The position numbers were made by a program, and so were the translations under genes. From positions 121,266-185,265 of the IMG/VR virus record IMGVR_UViG_3300045960_000114: DNA of 64,000 bases, one strand, 5' to 3'. Under the pieces are notes generated by a model. The model made no database searches, had not been told where the DNA came from, and saw nothing but the letters and a program-made list of their open reading frames with translations. Each line of letters starts with the position of its first letter. The first letter of the stretch is position 1. The stretch comes from a virus. This document shows, in pieces, positions 1-9,187 of the stretch.

Positions 1-222
1 CACCGCGATACGACCGGCGAGGTGCACACACGGCACGACAACCATGCACGAGCTACCGCCGCGCGGTTCTTGCAGATTGAGAACCGCGTGACGGAACTCG
101 AAGGAAGAGTTGCTAACCTGCCCACGAATCTACCTGGTCGGCTCATTGAGCTGAGAAACAGGATCGAAAGGCTCGAGCCCCGCTCAGAAAGCGGGCAACA
201 AAACGAAGGAGGGACGTCTTAA
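1..222 (+). CDS. Hypothetical coiled-coil protein, probably 5'-truncated by the window edge
   Basis: Frame 1 is open from base 1 to TAA at 220-222. Heptad-like sequence (QIENRVTELEGRV...LIELRNRIERLE). Abuts the E2 gene. Confidence 0.5.
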   Translation, partial: HRDTTGEVHTRHDNHARATAARFLQIENRVTELEGRVANLPTNLPGRLIELRNRIERLEPRSESGQQNEGGTS

Positions 223-936
223 ATGGCGGTTCCCGCACAACAACAGCGGCGTCGGATCGTCGTTCAGAATGGACTCGTTCTGATGGAGCTGGTGACGTTG
301 GAGAAGGTCGGCTCCCTCGGTGACTGGATGAACAAGGTACTGGAGTCGTCGCCCTCGCCCAGCAAGTTGCTTCCGCTCGACTGCGTGGACAACTTCTCCC
401 TGCGGCGCAAGGACACGACGCACCGCCGGATCTACGTGACATACATGCACCCCCGGATGCAGACGTTCCGCTTCCGTGGCGACCGCGCGAACGCGCAGGC
501 ACAGCAGTACGAACTGAGCTGGCCGCACACCCTCTGGTGGTTCGTGTTCTCGAACCAGCAGTTGAACGGCCTGTACCTGACCGCCACGAAGGTCTCACCG
601 TACGAGGTTCCGAACTACATGGACCTCGACTTGTTCTGGCTGCCCTGTCCGAATCAGTACCCTGAGGGTCACTTCTGCCTCGGTAACCTGAGCACGGACA
701 TCTCGTGGCCGGACTGGCGGCGCGTCAATGTCCTGCGCAATGATGTACTGTCGTCGAACTGGAACACCGACCTGATCCCGAATCTGTCCGGGTTCCCGTT
801 CAGCTCCATCCCGGAGTGGGCGGAGCAGTCGAGCCGCAAGCCGGAGCTCTGGAAGGAGCTTCCGTTCAAGCCGTACGTACACCCCACGTACCGGAAGATG
901 TGCGACTACCTGATGGGAGTGGGAGGCCGAGAGTAG
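223..936 (+). CDS. Prokaryotic E2 family D ubiquitin-conjugating-like protein (PRTRC protein B-like)
   Basis: WPHTLWWF and LPCPNQYPEGHFCLG match the Prok-E2_D pattern P-N-x4-G-x-x-C-x-G with the catalytic Cys. Upstream of JAB and ThiF genes. Confidence 0.75.
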   Translation: MAVPAQQQRRRIVVQNGLVLMELVTLEKVGSLGDWMNKVLESSPSPSKLLPLDCVDNFSLRRKDTTHRRIYVTYMHPRMQTFRFRGDRANAQAQQYELSWPHTLWWFVFSNQQLNGLYLTATKVSPYEVPNYMDLDLFWLPCPNQYPEGHFCLGNLSTDISWPDWRRVNVLRNDVLSSNWNTDLIPNLSGFPFSSIPEWAEQSSRKPELWKELPFKPYVHPTYRKMCDYLMGVGGRE

Positions 937-937
937 C

Positions 938-1249
938 ATGGCTACGAAAGTCGAAGACGAGAAGTTGATGCAGCAGCTGATCGACGCGCTGGTGGCTATG
1001 CCTCCGGGCAAGATCCAGAGCATCCCCGAGATCATGGGTCAGTTCATGACCATGTCCCGGGAGAGCCTGGTTACGTGGGCTGGGCGGCCCGAGCAGGTGA
1101 TGGCCGCCCAGTTCATGGCCTATCTCAAAGGCCACGGCATGCTGACGGAAGTGCTGGAGTCGAAGTTCGATTCCTCGTTCAAGGTCATGACGGACGCAAT
1201 GGCGCTGTGTCCGTCAAAGGCGAGCAGAGTCTCGGAGGGAGGCCACTAA
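938..1249 (+). CDS. Hypothetical helical protein inside the E2-JAB-E1 operon
   Basis: 103-aa ORF tightly packed between E2 and JAB; no recognisable motif. Confidence 0.65.
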   Translation: MATKVEDEKLMQQLIDALVAMPPGKIQSIPEIMGQFMTMSRESLVTWAGRPEQVMAAQFMAYLKGHGMLTEVLESKFDSSFKVMTDAMALCPSKASRVSEGGH

Positions 1250-1252
1250 GGG

Positions 1253-2542
1253 ATGTTTCCCATCATTCAGGTGAGCAAGGAGATGAAGGACTCCGATATC
1301 CCGCAGGAGAATTGTTATCTCATCGGGTCCAACGGGGTCTTCAAGCAGGTCGTCAACGAGTTCTACAGCGTCCGGGTGAAGAACGGATCACTCCCGGATC
1401 TGCAGGAACTCAAGGAAGACGTCGAACTCCACGTGACGCGGCTGCCCCAGCGCATCCTCGACCACGTGCACGCGTTCTTCCGCGCCGTGAACGACAAACA
1501 CAAGGGGGAGGCTGTTGTCCTCCTCATGTACCATCCCACGGACAAAAGGTGGATCGTCAAGATCCCCCCGCAGGACACAAAGGGGATGAGCGTCCACTAC
1601 GATCTGGATAAGGGCGACGCCCTCATCTGGATTCCCTCGAACGGTAAGGAAGAGATGACCTTGGTACATAACCAGCGGGAAGCCCCGCCGGAAGGTATCA
1701 AGGATTTCAGGCTCTTCGGGTCGATACACAGCCACTGTGACGCCGGCGCGTTTCACAGTGGTACGGATGACAAGGACGAGTTCTGTTTCGACGGCCTCCA
1801 CATCACGTTGGGGCACGTCAGCAAGAATCCGCCCGACATCAGTTGCCGGTGGATGTTAGCTGGCCAGTGGTGGAAAGCGGAAGCGAGCGGCTGCATTGCG
1901 TTCGACCACGCGGCACCGAAGGTGGACGACCGCTGGATGGATCGCGTAAGCGAGGTGAAGTATTCGCCCGCTGTCCAGACCTGGGTGTCCCCGCCATCGG
2001 GTACCGGGTTCGATTCGCCCATGAGCAGGCATCCGTACGATGGCAATGGGTACGGGTACAGCGGGTACGAAGGACCTGGGAGTCACGACGACCCAAAATC
2101 ACAAACCCCCACACAGGCGGGCGGCGGAAGCGCAGGAGGAAGCACAAGCGGGACGACAAATCCTGCTACCTCCTCGACTAATACGCCGGATGTGGGGGAA
2201 GATGACACACCGCCGGTGTACGAACTGTTCGCTCGGTACGAGGACGTTACTGAGCACGCAACACTCACCAGTAAGGAACTGTCCATCATCCAGTTGTGCG
2301 AGGACGACCCGCAGCTCCTGTCGTTCATGGAGACGTTGAGTGAGGAGGAACTGAAGCGGTTGCTGACTACTCACGAACTGTTCGACAAGTTCATGGAGGA
2401 GGCGTCGATCGACTTCATCGCACGCAAGCAGGCTGAAGGCGATGGTTCAGGCAAGACGGATATCGACGGCAAGCGGCTTGCCGATCTGATCGAAGAGGAG
2501 AAGGAAGCGCAAAAGGAAGGGGAGGTACTCGGGAGTGTTTGA
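1253..2542 (+). CDS. JAB/JAMM metallo-isopeptidase (Prok-JAB, PRTRC protein A-like) with long low-complexity/acidic C-terminal extension
   Basis: SIHSHCDAGAFHSGTDDKDE = HxH-x7-S-xx-D JAMM motif; upstream EAVVLLMY; GLHITLG downstream. Confidence 0.85.
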   Translation: MFPIIQVSKEMKDSDIPQENCYLIGSNGVFKQVVNEFYSVRVKNGSLPDLQELKEDVELHVTRLPQRILDHVHAFFRAVNDKHKGEAVVLLMYHPTDKRWIVKIPPQDTKGMSVHYDLDKGDALIWIPSNGKEEMTLVHNQREAPPEGIKDFRLFGSIHSHCDAGAFHSGTDDKDEFCFDGLHITLGHVSKNPPDISCRWMLAGQWWKAEASGCIAFDHAAPKVDDRWMDRVSEVKYSPAVQTWVSPPSGTGFDSPMSRHPYDGNGYGYSGYEGPGSHDDPKSQTPTQAGGGSAGGSTSGTTNPATSSTNTPDVGEDDTPPVYELFARYEDVTEHATLTSKELSIIQLCEDDPQLLSFMETLSEEELKRLLTTHELFDKFMEEASIDFIARKQAEGDGSGKTDIDGKRLADLIEEEKEAQKEGEVLGSV

Positions 2543-3311
2543 ACCCAAAACTGTAGCGGTGGTGGGTTGCGGGGGGATCGGCTCATGGCTGATCCCTCCG
2601 CTCGTACGATACTTGGCGTCGGAGGACTACGACGGGGAGATAATCCTCTTCGACGGCGACAAGTACGAGGAAGGGAACGTTTGCAGGCAGGCGTTCCCCA
2701 TGCGCTGTATGGGCATGAACAAGGCGGAAGCCATGCGTGACCGCATCCTCGATGACCTGCCACACGTGCTGGTTACGGCTAACAGCCAGTACATCAGCAA
2801 GGAGACGGCTGGGATGGCCATGCGCGAGCATGGCGTGTGCTTCGCCTGCGTGGACAACCACCCGGCGCGTGCACATCTGGCCCGGCAGTGTGAGTCATTG
2901 AAGAACGGACTGTTGATCTCTCCAGCAAACGAGAAGTATGACGGCAACGTCTGCGCGTACCTGAGAGAGAATGGGAAGGAGTCCACAGAGCACCTCCTCA
3001 ACCGTCACCCGGAAATTGCGGCGAAGACCGAGGGTGACCGTGGAGCGGGCTGTGAGGCTCTTACTGCGGCAGGCGAGACGCAGCTGATGTTGGCCAATCT
3101 GTATGCGGCTACGACTGCGATGGGTGTGTTCTGGAACCTGTACAACCAGGGCATGCGCATGGAGAAGGGTACTAAGCTGACTGAGAAAGCGCAGGAAACC
3201 TTCTTCGACATCCGTACGTTGCAGGCGAATACCGTGTTCGCACCGAAAGGAGGCGTACATGCAGCTAGCCCCGATATGCCTGTCGTCGCTATTCCTGCTG
3301 GATCCGCATAG
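2535..3311 (+). CDS. ThiF/E1-family ubiquitin-activating-like adenylyltransferase
   Basis: VVGCGGIGSW (GxGGxG), DGDKYEEGNVCRQ, CVDNHPAR, candidate catalytic Cys in GAGC; overlaps the JAB stop. Confidence 0.9.
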   Translation: MFEPKTVAVVGCGGIGSWLIPPLVRYLASEDYDGEIILFDGDKYEEGNVCRQAFPMRCMGMNKAEAMRDRILDDLPHVLVTANSQYISKETAGMAMREHGVCFACVDNHPARAHLARQCESLKNGLLISPANEKYDGNVCAYLRENGKESTEHLLNRHPEIAAKTEGDRGAGCEALTAAGETQLMLANLYAATTAMGVFWNLYNQGMRMEKGTKLTEKAQETFFDIRTLQANTVFAPKGGVHAASPDMPVVAIPAGSA

Positions 3312-4113
3312 CCTGCATGAAAGCAAAGAAGTGAGTCGGGACCTGACGTTGACTGTGGCGGATGCAACGGACGACTACAACACGGACGAAGGCGATGGCG
3401 CCTGGATACCAGAGTACCTACGCTGGATTCAGAACATGTGGTTCTCACTGACCCAGGAGGAGATCCACTGGCCGGATTACCACCGGTTCGACGACGATTC
3501 ATTCCGTGAGACGCTGCGGACCGTATACCACAGAAACATGTTCGTGGAGTTCACGAACAGGTTCTACACGGAGTGGCGGGACAACCATATACACATCCCG
3601 TCCATGTATGACGTGGACTCCAGCGTACAGGATCGGGTGTGTTCCGAGTGCGAAAACGACGACGTCTGGGAGGAGGAGTATGACATGACCCAGGCGCCAA
3701 TCAATCCTGATGAGTGGACGGGGTGGGAAGTTAGTCCTCCGCGCTGTTCCGCAGCCGTTCTGTTTGCGGTTGGTGAGCGTAATGCATCACTTCGTCAGCA
3801 CATGGAGAACGCGTGGCAGCAATGGCTCGCCACACGAGAGTCGATTGGGCGCCACAATATCTGCGATGAACGATGCGATTTGTTCTACGATAACCAAGCC
3901 GATCGCATGAGGCGAATGATCGACTTCAACATCCACTGGTTGGACGCGAAGTGGCAAGCCTTTATAGGCACCACTATCCAGATCCCACCGATACCGAAGC
4001 CGATCAACGTGCTTCCTTTCCCTGAGCTGCAGATCGACCCGGCACCAGCCGTGACGATCAGGCCGCTTAGCGAGATCGCAAAGGAAGCACGAAGACTTAG
4101 ACGTGGCTGGTAA
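3259..4113 (+). CDS. Hypothetical acidic, Trp-rich protein (one CxxC)
   Basis: 284-aa ORF following E1; start uncertain. Confidence 0.6.
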   Translation: MQLAPICLSSLFLLDPHSLHESKEVSRDLTLTVADATDDYNTDEGDGAWIPEYLRWIQNMWFSLTQEEIHWPDYHRFDDDSFRETLRTVYHRNMFVEFTNRFYTEWRDNHIHIPSMYDVDSSVQDRVCSECENDDVWEEEYDMTQAPINPDEWTGWEVSPPRCSAAVLFAVGERNASLRQHMENAWQQWLATRESIGRHNICDERCDLFYDNQADRMRRMIDFNIHWLDAKWQAFIGTTIQIPPIPKPINVLPFPELQIDPAPAVTIRPLSEIAKEARRLRRGW

Positions 4114-4117
4114 ACCT

Positions 4118-4148
4118 TGCGGGGCCGGGCGTGTAACCCGGCCCCGCA
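4118..4148 (+). terminator. GC-rich hairpin after the Ub-system operon (no U-tract)
   Basis: GCGGGGCCGGG (4119-4129) / CCCGGCCCCGC (4137-4147), perfect 11-bp stem. Confidence 0.5.
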
Positions 4149-4179
4149 CTTGAACCTTTGCCTGCGTAAGGAGACGATT

Positions 4180-4452
4180 GTGGCCATCAAGGTAAAGATG
4201 CTGTTCCTGGACCCCCACTGTGTTGATGTCGCAATCAAATCGGCTGAGTCGGATGGTGTGGGTATGGACTGGGCGCACCGTCACATCAACGAATGCAAAT
4301 GCTGCAGCGAGTACGACAAGCTGGTACGCGCGAATATGAAGGATGTGGCTGACGACCATGAGTCCGGGAATCTGGTACGGATGTGCTCAGCAAACACGAT
4401 GTCCGTCCGCATCCCCAAGGGGATCAAGCACGTGCACTTCGAGGCGCCTTAG
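4180..4452 (+). CDS. Hypothetical protein
   Basis: GTG start with AAGGAG RBS at 4168-4173. Confidence 0.6.
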   Translation: MAIKVKMLFLDPHCVDVAIKSAESDGVGMDWAHRHINECKCCSEYDKLVRANMKDVADDHESGNLVRMCSANTMSVRIPKGIKHVHFEAP

Positions 4453-4616
4453 TCCCCGGCGATCTTCTTCAGGTGTTCATTCAGTTCCTGGAGTTGCTGA
4501 TTGGTGCCGTGCAGTTCCTGCTGAATGCATGCTGCTCGCCGGTCGAAGATGACAATGCAGGTGGCAACCAGGCTGGCGATTACCAGTACCGTGATCAGGA
4601 ATTCACGCTTGGTCAT
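4449..4616 (-). CDS. Small single-pass membrane protein with coiled coil
   Basis: MTKREFLITVLVIASLVATCIVIF hydrophobic helix; GGGAGG RBS on the minus strand. Confidence 0.6.
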   Translation of the reverse strand: MTKREFLITVLVIASLVATCIVIFDRRAACIQQELHGTNQQLQELNEHLKKIAGD

Positions 4617-4651
4617 GTCACACCTCCCAACCAAAGGATAAAGGAGAACCG

Positions 4652-5245
4652 ATGTTAAGGCAAGATGTGCCGCTACTTACGTTGTGGCGACATGGCGGGC
4701 AGGACGTGCCGTATCTGGCTCTGGACGTGGAAACGTTGAAGGTAGTCAACCGGTCGCCGCTCTTCAGGTCGTGGGATCCAGGTTGGCAGATGCCGTGTAT
4801 TGATGCTAGTGGAGAGGGAGTGGACGGGCTCTGGCGGCTGAACCAGACAGACCCCGAGAACTCAAACGTCGAATTGATGCGGCCTGATGACCTCGATGAA
4901 ACACAGCGCCGGAACGTTGAAAGATTGGCACGCATTTTAAGGCTACTTGGACTGAAGTTTGAAAGCCTCTACGCAGACCTGACTTGTGGTCGTCAGCATC
5001 TCGTAAAAGAACAGCAGGATTTGAGCGAGCTTTTTCAGGTAGGATTATGGATCATGTTTGAATCTATTGACAGGATGGAAGGGCTGGGCTTTCCGCCTTC
5101 GGATAACCCGGAGGTATTGTCTGACATAAAGATCCGCTTAAGCGCACTGGTAAAATCAGTCCCGGAACAGCACGTGAAAGCGAGCTTTTTTAACAGGCTT
5201 TTGAGACATGGTTTTCGTACCCTCCGCGATCCCGAAAAGAAGTAG
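4652..5245 (+). CDS. Hypothetical protein
   Basis: 197-aa ORF with AAGGAG RBS. Confidence 0.65.
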   Translation: MLRQDVPLLTLWRHGGQDVPYLALDVETLKVVNRSPLFRSWDPGWQMPCIDASGEGVDGLWRLNQTDPENSNVELMRPDDLDETQRRNVERLARILRLLGLKFESLYADLTCGRQHLVKEQQDLSELFQVGLWIMFESIDRMEGLGFPPSDNPEVLSDIKIRLSALVKSVPEQHVKASFFNRLLRHGFRTLRDPEKK

Positions 5246-5278
5246 GGTCTCTCCGGTCGACATCTGGGCTGTTGGCGG

Positions 5279-5773
5279 GTGTCCGCCGAAGCTACCCTCA
5301 AAAAACCGATGTGGGCGATGCACGTAGTGCAGGAGCAGACTATGAGTGACCGATGTTACATCAGGGTTTGGTGTGCCAGGTGTGACGTTAACCTCTTTGA
5401 ACCCATAGGGTTACTTGAGGATGGCGGGGATGAAGCAGTCGCTGAGTTGGTCAATGCGGAGTGCAACTACGCGGCTGGGATGGGTTCTGGTGATGAGGAA
5501 GTAAACGGCTGGCCACTACGTGTTCCGTTCTTCGGCTGGCACTCAGGCGGCGGTGAATACGGTGCTTTGCAGTTCGTGTGCCTGGGTGATCGTAGGGTGA
5601 TTACCGTGGCGGACTACAAGGACCAGGTCGTAGTGGCCTTCAATGGGGCTACGGGTCAGCCTGTCTTTAGTGATGTCGAAAACGCATGTGCGTTCTTTGC
5701 GGCCATGGCGGTCGTACGCAACCACCTGATGATGCGACAGACAGAGGTACCAGGCGGGGCCAGTAGAGCCTGA
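5279..5773 (+). CDS. Hypothetical protein
   Basis: ORF in operon context; start uncertain. Confidence 0.55.
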   Translation: MSAEATLKKPMWAMHVVQEQTMSDRCYIRVWCARCDVNLFEPIGLLEDGGDEAVAELVNAECNYAAGMGSGDEEVNGWPLRVPFFGWHSGGGEYGALQFVCLGDRRVITVADYKDQVVVAFNGATGQPVFSDVENACAFFAAMAVVRNHLMMRQTEVPGGASRA

Positions 5774-5835
5774 CTGGTGGGAAGGACATGTAGCCCGGGT
5801 CGAGGCGGCGATGGATCGGCTTGGCTTGAGAAAGG

Positions 5836-6087
5836 ATGTGGTGGATGGAGAAGCGGGAACTGGTGCTGGGCAGCCTGGTAACGGGCCGCCCAGCAATCCT
5901 GTACTTACCGTACGAGATCACGGTAGACGAGGTTACGAAGCTGGAAAATTTTGTTGCGCATATCCGCTACGAAGCGGAGCAACGGGCGAAGGAGAAGTTG
6001 GATAACCTGAAGGCTGCACGGGGGAGTGCGGCCAAGGAAGAGACCAGACGGGTTGAACCCATACGGGTGGCGCCGTCACTGAAATAG
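5836..6087 (+). CDS. Hypothetical protein
   Basis: 83-aa ORF, RBS-like AAAGGA. Confidence 0.55.
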   Translation: MWWMEKRELVLGSLVTGRPAILYLPYEITVDEVTKLENFVAHIRYEAEQRAKEKLDNLKAARGSAAKEETRRVEPIRVAPSLK

Positions 6088-6097
6088 GAGGCAGTCG

Positions 6098-6985
6098 ATG
6101 CCGAATCTCGAGTCGTTCCCGCTCGGCTATCTGCTCAAGGGTGACGAGGGGGGTGATATCCTGATCAAGGCTTCAGTGAGGATGCTGGGCGAGCTGGCAC
6201 GTGGTGGGGTGATCGACCACAGCGTGGTGGATGAGCCCATGCTGATCAGGTGCATTCGGTTGGAGGAGGGCGGGCGTATCATGCATGTATTTCGGTCTGG
6301 TACGTACCGCGTGCACCTGGCGGAGAGAGAACTGGATCTGACTTGTGAACAGGACGAGGCGTGGTGCCGATTGGTGGAATTCACCTGTCTGCATGGGATG
6401 GCGGGCGAACTGCTGGTCTGTGACAGTGGCGGAATGGTGCCTGTGCGTACGAAGCTGGCCAGTGGCGAGAAGATCTGTGCCGCGGGTCCGTATTCGTCTT
6501 CACTGGTCAAGCAACGCCCGGAGCCGAAGCAGGATGTGGTCAATGAGGCGGTTCGCAGCGCTGCGAAGACGGCGTCCTTCGCGAATAACGAACGCAGGGT
6601 CAAGCTACGCCCGAAGTTGAAGAACCCGTTGGATGAGACGCCGGCATCGTCGCCGAGAGACATTGATGCCGAGTGGGCACATTGGCTGCGGCATGGTGCG
6701 CAGGAACTGGAGGCGAAGCGGGTGAAGGAGATGCTTGCGCGCCGGTATGCCGCGTTGCCTGAGAATGCGGTGACGAAGGCGGACGCGGACAGGATCAGGG
6801 ATCAGGTGAAGCTGCAGGGCGAACTACATTACCAGCTGGATTTGATCCGTGCGGCAGTCGAGTACCTGGAAGACAGGCTGGAGAACGCCAAGCAGCTGGG
6901 TATCCGCAAGGAGCTTACGGACAAGAGCGAGCGGATCATCAAGTTCATCCGCGATGACGATAGGGGGCGCCAGACAAAAGCGTAG
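6098..6985 (+). CDS. Hypothetical protein with C-terminal coiled coil
   Basis: 295-aa ORF with AGGAGG RBS. Confidence 0.7.
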   Translation: MPNLESFPLGYLLKGDEGGDILIKASVRMLGELARGGVIDHSVVDEPMLIRCIRLEEGGRIMHVFRSGTYRVHLAERELDLTCEQDEAWCRLVEFTCLHGMAGELLVCDSGGMVPVRTKLASGEKICAAGPYSSSLVKQRPEPKQDVVNEAVRSAAKTASFANNERRVKLRPKLKNPLDETPASSPRDIDAEWAHWLRHGAQELEAKRVKEMLARRYAALPENAVTKADADRIRDQVKLQGELHYQLDLIRAAVEYLEDRLENAKQLGIRKELTDKSERIIKFIRDDDRGRQTKA

Positions 6986-7095
6986 GCGGTCGCACGTCTA
7001 CGGTGAGGCATCGTAGTCCTCGATACTGGCTGACATGCCTGTGCTTGTCGGTTAGGCTTATGGGGGAAGGAGGGGGGTGTCTATGGAGGTGGAGA

Positions 7096-7242
7096 ATGAG
7101 AGCTCGGTTTGCGGAGTTCACCTTCTGGTTCATCAGGAGTCCGTTCTTGTGGTACGTTGTCTTTGGGTTGATTGTCGTTGCGATGGCAACGGTCATTACG
7201 GGTTGTCGACCGAACCCTGAAGACATCCCGATTTTCAGGTAG
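7096..7242 (+). CDS. Small putative lipoprotein
   Basis: GGAGGTGGAG RBS; hydrophobic helix ending in lipobox-like ITGC. Confidence 0.55.
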   Translation: MRARFAEFTFWFIRSPFLWYVVFGLIVVAMATVITGCRPNPEDIPIFR

Positions 7243-7246
7243 CCAA

Positions 7247-7273
7247 GGGGGCGGGGCACACGGCCCCGCCCCT
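7247..7273 (+). terminator. GC-rich hairpin
   Basis: GGGGCGGGGC / GCCCCGCCCC 10-bp stem directly after the stop; no U-tract. Confidence 0.4.
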
Positions 7274-7281
7274 CCTACCTT

Positions 7282-7530
7282 ATGAGGGTGACCGGAATGA
7301 CTGGAGCCGACTGGCGCAGGGTCAGCAAGTGTCCTAAGTGTCATGGCTCCAAGCTGTTTAGTGTGGTAGGTAATCACAAGGTAATCCTGCGTTGTCTCGA
7401 CTGTGATCACCACGTGGTGGGTCGCAACAGCGCACATTGCCTGAAGCTCTGGGTGCACGATAAGCGCCCTAAGAGCGAACGCCGGGCATACACCGACCAG
7501 GTGCGTCGCCCGTTTCAACAATCTTTTTGA
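7282..7530 (+). CDS. Zinc-ribbon protein
   Basis: CPKC...CLDC pairs. Confidence 0.55.
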   Translation: MRVTGMTGADWRRVSKCPKCHGSKLFSVVGNHKVILRCLDCDHHVVGRNSAHCLKLWVHDKRPKSERRAYTDQVRRPFQQSF

Positions 7531-7547
7531 GCACACACGGGGAAGAC

Positions 7548-7811
7548 ATGGCGAATAGCGGCTGTTTGGAAGGCATGCGGTGCCCATCTTGTGGTTCGGG
7601 GGGGCCGTTTCGGATCGCTTCGTTGTGCTGGGCGATCGTGCATGATGACGGGGTCAACGAGACATCCGAGCACGAGTGGGATCATTCCAGCAGTTGCCGC
7701 TGCATCAGCTGTGGGCATGCGAGCGATGTTGGCAAGTTCTCGCGCAAGCTGAAGACCAGAAAGGAACTGGCCCATGCAGATGGGGAATCGGCTGGAAAGG
7801 GCGCTGGATAA
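7548..7811 (+). CDS. Zinc-ribbon protein
   Basis: CPSC...CISC pairs. Confidence 0.6.
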   Translation: MANSGCLEGMRCPSCGSGGPFRIASLCWAIVHDDGVNETSEHEWDHSSSCRCISCGHASDVGKFSRKLKTRKELAHADGESAGKGAG

Positions 7812-7998
7812 GCTGGCGAGGATGTCGCACCCGTCTGTTGCCGGCTTGTTGAGCAAGTACAGTTTCGACTACGAGGCGGAAGTGGTGGACGAGGTAGTCG
7901 CGGCGTTTGAGGAGTGGCAGAAGGCTGCCAAATGCCCAGGAAGGGCAAAGGAGATGGAATGCGGAAGTTCATCGTCGGAATCATTGTCGTCGGGGTGA
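7774..7998 (+). CDS. Hypothetical protein
   Basis: ORF in operon context. Confidence 0.45.
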   Translation: MQMGNRLERALDKLARMSHPSVAGLLSKYSFDYEAEVVDEVVAAFEEWQKAAKCPGRAKEMECGSSSSESLSSG

Positions 7999-8111
7999 TG
8001 CTGTTGCCGGGTTGTTTCGGCGACCGTGGGCGTGTCGTTGAGATGGGGCGGATGTGGGAGCTGCAGTTGTCGCCTCAGGGACCGGATGACAGCTACGAGC
8101 CAGTGGGCTAG
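7959..8111 (+). CDS. Small putative lipoprotein
   Basis: MRKFIVGIIVVGVMLLPGC signal peptide with lipobox LPGC; AAGGAG RBS. Confidence 0.65.
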   Translation: MRKFIVGIIVVGVMLLPGCFGDRGRVVEMGRMWELQLSPQGPDDSYEPVG

Positions 8112-8137
8112 CGCGCTGGAGATAGGGAAGGAGGAGC

Positions 8138-8707
8138 ATGAGTCACAAGGTAAAGCCGGGGCAGGCATGTGTGATCAGAACCATTGAAGTCGCGTTCCCG
8201 GCTGGGACTTCTGAGGGTGACATCGACGACGAACTCAGCGTGATGCTCACGGATCACGGCACGCATAGTCCGAAGAGCAATGTGGCGGACTGGCGGTACA
8301 TACACAACGACAGGAAGGTTGAAGCGCGGGCCACGTTTGAGCCTGTGGAGGGTGAGATCTTCACGGTTGCGCGGACGAATCTGCCCAAGCAGGGCGTGAA
8401 GATGACGTTGGGGCAGAAGGTCAAGGAGAGGACGAAGGACCAGGTGTCGGTGCTGATTGTGAACAGCGAGACTGGTTGGGACTATTACGGGCACGAACCG
8501 TCGGGTCTGTCGCTGACGGTGTGCGTCGTCGATTTTACGGCGATGGGGAAAATGGATATTTGGGATATCAACGACCTGATTCTCTCGCTGACTCGGTTGG
8601 CGCCGTCGGTTCTTCGTGATAGTGCTCTGATACGGTTGCGCAAGGAGTATCGAGCCGCTGTCGCGCGGGCCGCTGCTAATGCGCAGGTACCCGACGACAA
8701 CATTTGA
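8138..8707 (+). CDS. Hypothetical protein
   Basis: 189-aa ORF with AGGAGGAG RBS. Confidence 0.65.
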   Translation: MSHKVKPGQACVIRTIEVAFPAGTSEGDIDDELSVMLTDHGTHSPKSNVADWRYIHNDRKVEARATFEPVEGEIFTVARTNLPKQGVKMTLGQKVKERTKDQVSVLIVNSETGWDYYGHEPSGLSLTVCVVDFTAMGKMDIWDINDLILSLTRLAPSVLRDSALIRLRKEYRAAVARAAANAQVPDDNI

Positions 8708-8955
8708 TATGCACCTTGTGTCCAAGGGCGAAAAACCGACATAGAGGAGGGCCAATGGCGAAGCGTTGGCAGCGTGTTGTGTTTGCGGGCGAGTTGCCCA
8801 GCTGTCCAGACTGTGGGGAGCCATGGTGTCCCAGGCACGGAAAGCATTACTCGGACTGTAGTTGCATTGGTCCGCACGAAGACGGAGTCAGGTTCAAGGA
8901 ACGAAAGGGCGTGCTTTACGCCCAGAGGCTCAGTCGTAGCCGTAACCGTATGTGA
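8704..8955 (+). CDS. Cys-rich zinc-finger protein
   Basis: CPDC...WCPRH...DCSC. Confidence 0.6.
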   Translation: MICTLCPRAKNRHRGGPMAKRWQRVVFAGELPSCPDCGEPWCPRHGKHYSDCSCIGPHEDGVRFKERKGVLYAQRLSRSRNRM

Positions 8956-8959
8956 GGCG

Positions 8960-9165
8960 GAGTAGCGCACCAGCCCAGCGGTGCGAGGCAGTGCTGAGTA
9001 GGGATCCGCCCGTTCGGGTTGCTGACCGAACGACTCATAAACCCAAAATCGACCGCAGCGAGTGGACAGGAACTCCGCCTGGGCCGCCCGTGTTACTCAT
9101 GGGGGGCAGTGTGTGTCTTAAAGTCGGGTCGTGTGCTCCTGACTGGCACACACTGCCCTTTAACC
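8960..9165 (+). ncRNA. Candidate structured intergenic RNA
   Basis: Stems CGCACC/GGTGCG, CGTTCGG/CCGAACG, GGGCAGTGTGTG/CACACACTGCCC (12 bp perfect) enclosing AGTCGGG/CCTGACT, in a ~230-nt gap. Confidence 0.4.
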
Positions 9166-9187
9166 TTAGTTCAGTGGAGGACTTACA

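Noticed and set aside
4884-4902. Hammerhead-like CTGATGA...GAAAC
   Set aside because: It lies in a coding region (RPDDLDET), stem II cannot form, and flanking stems are missing.
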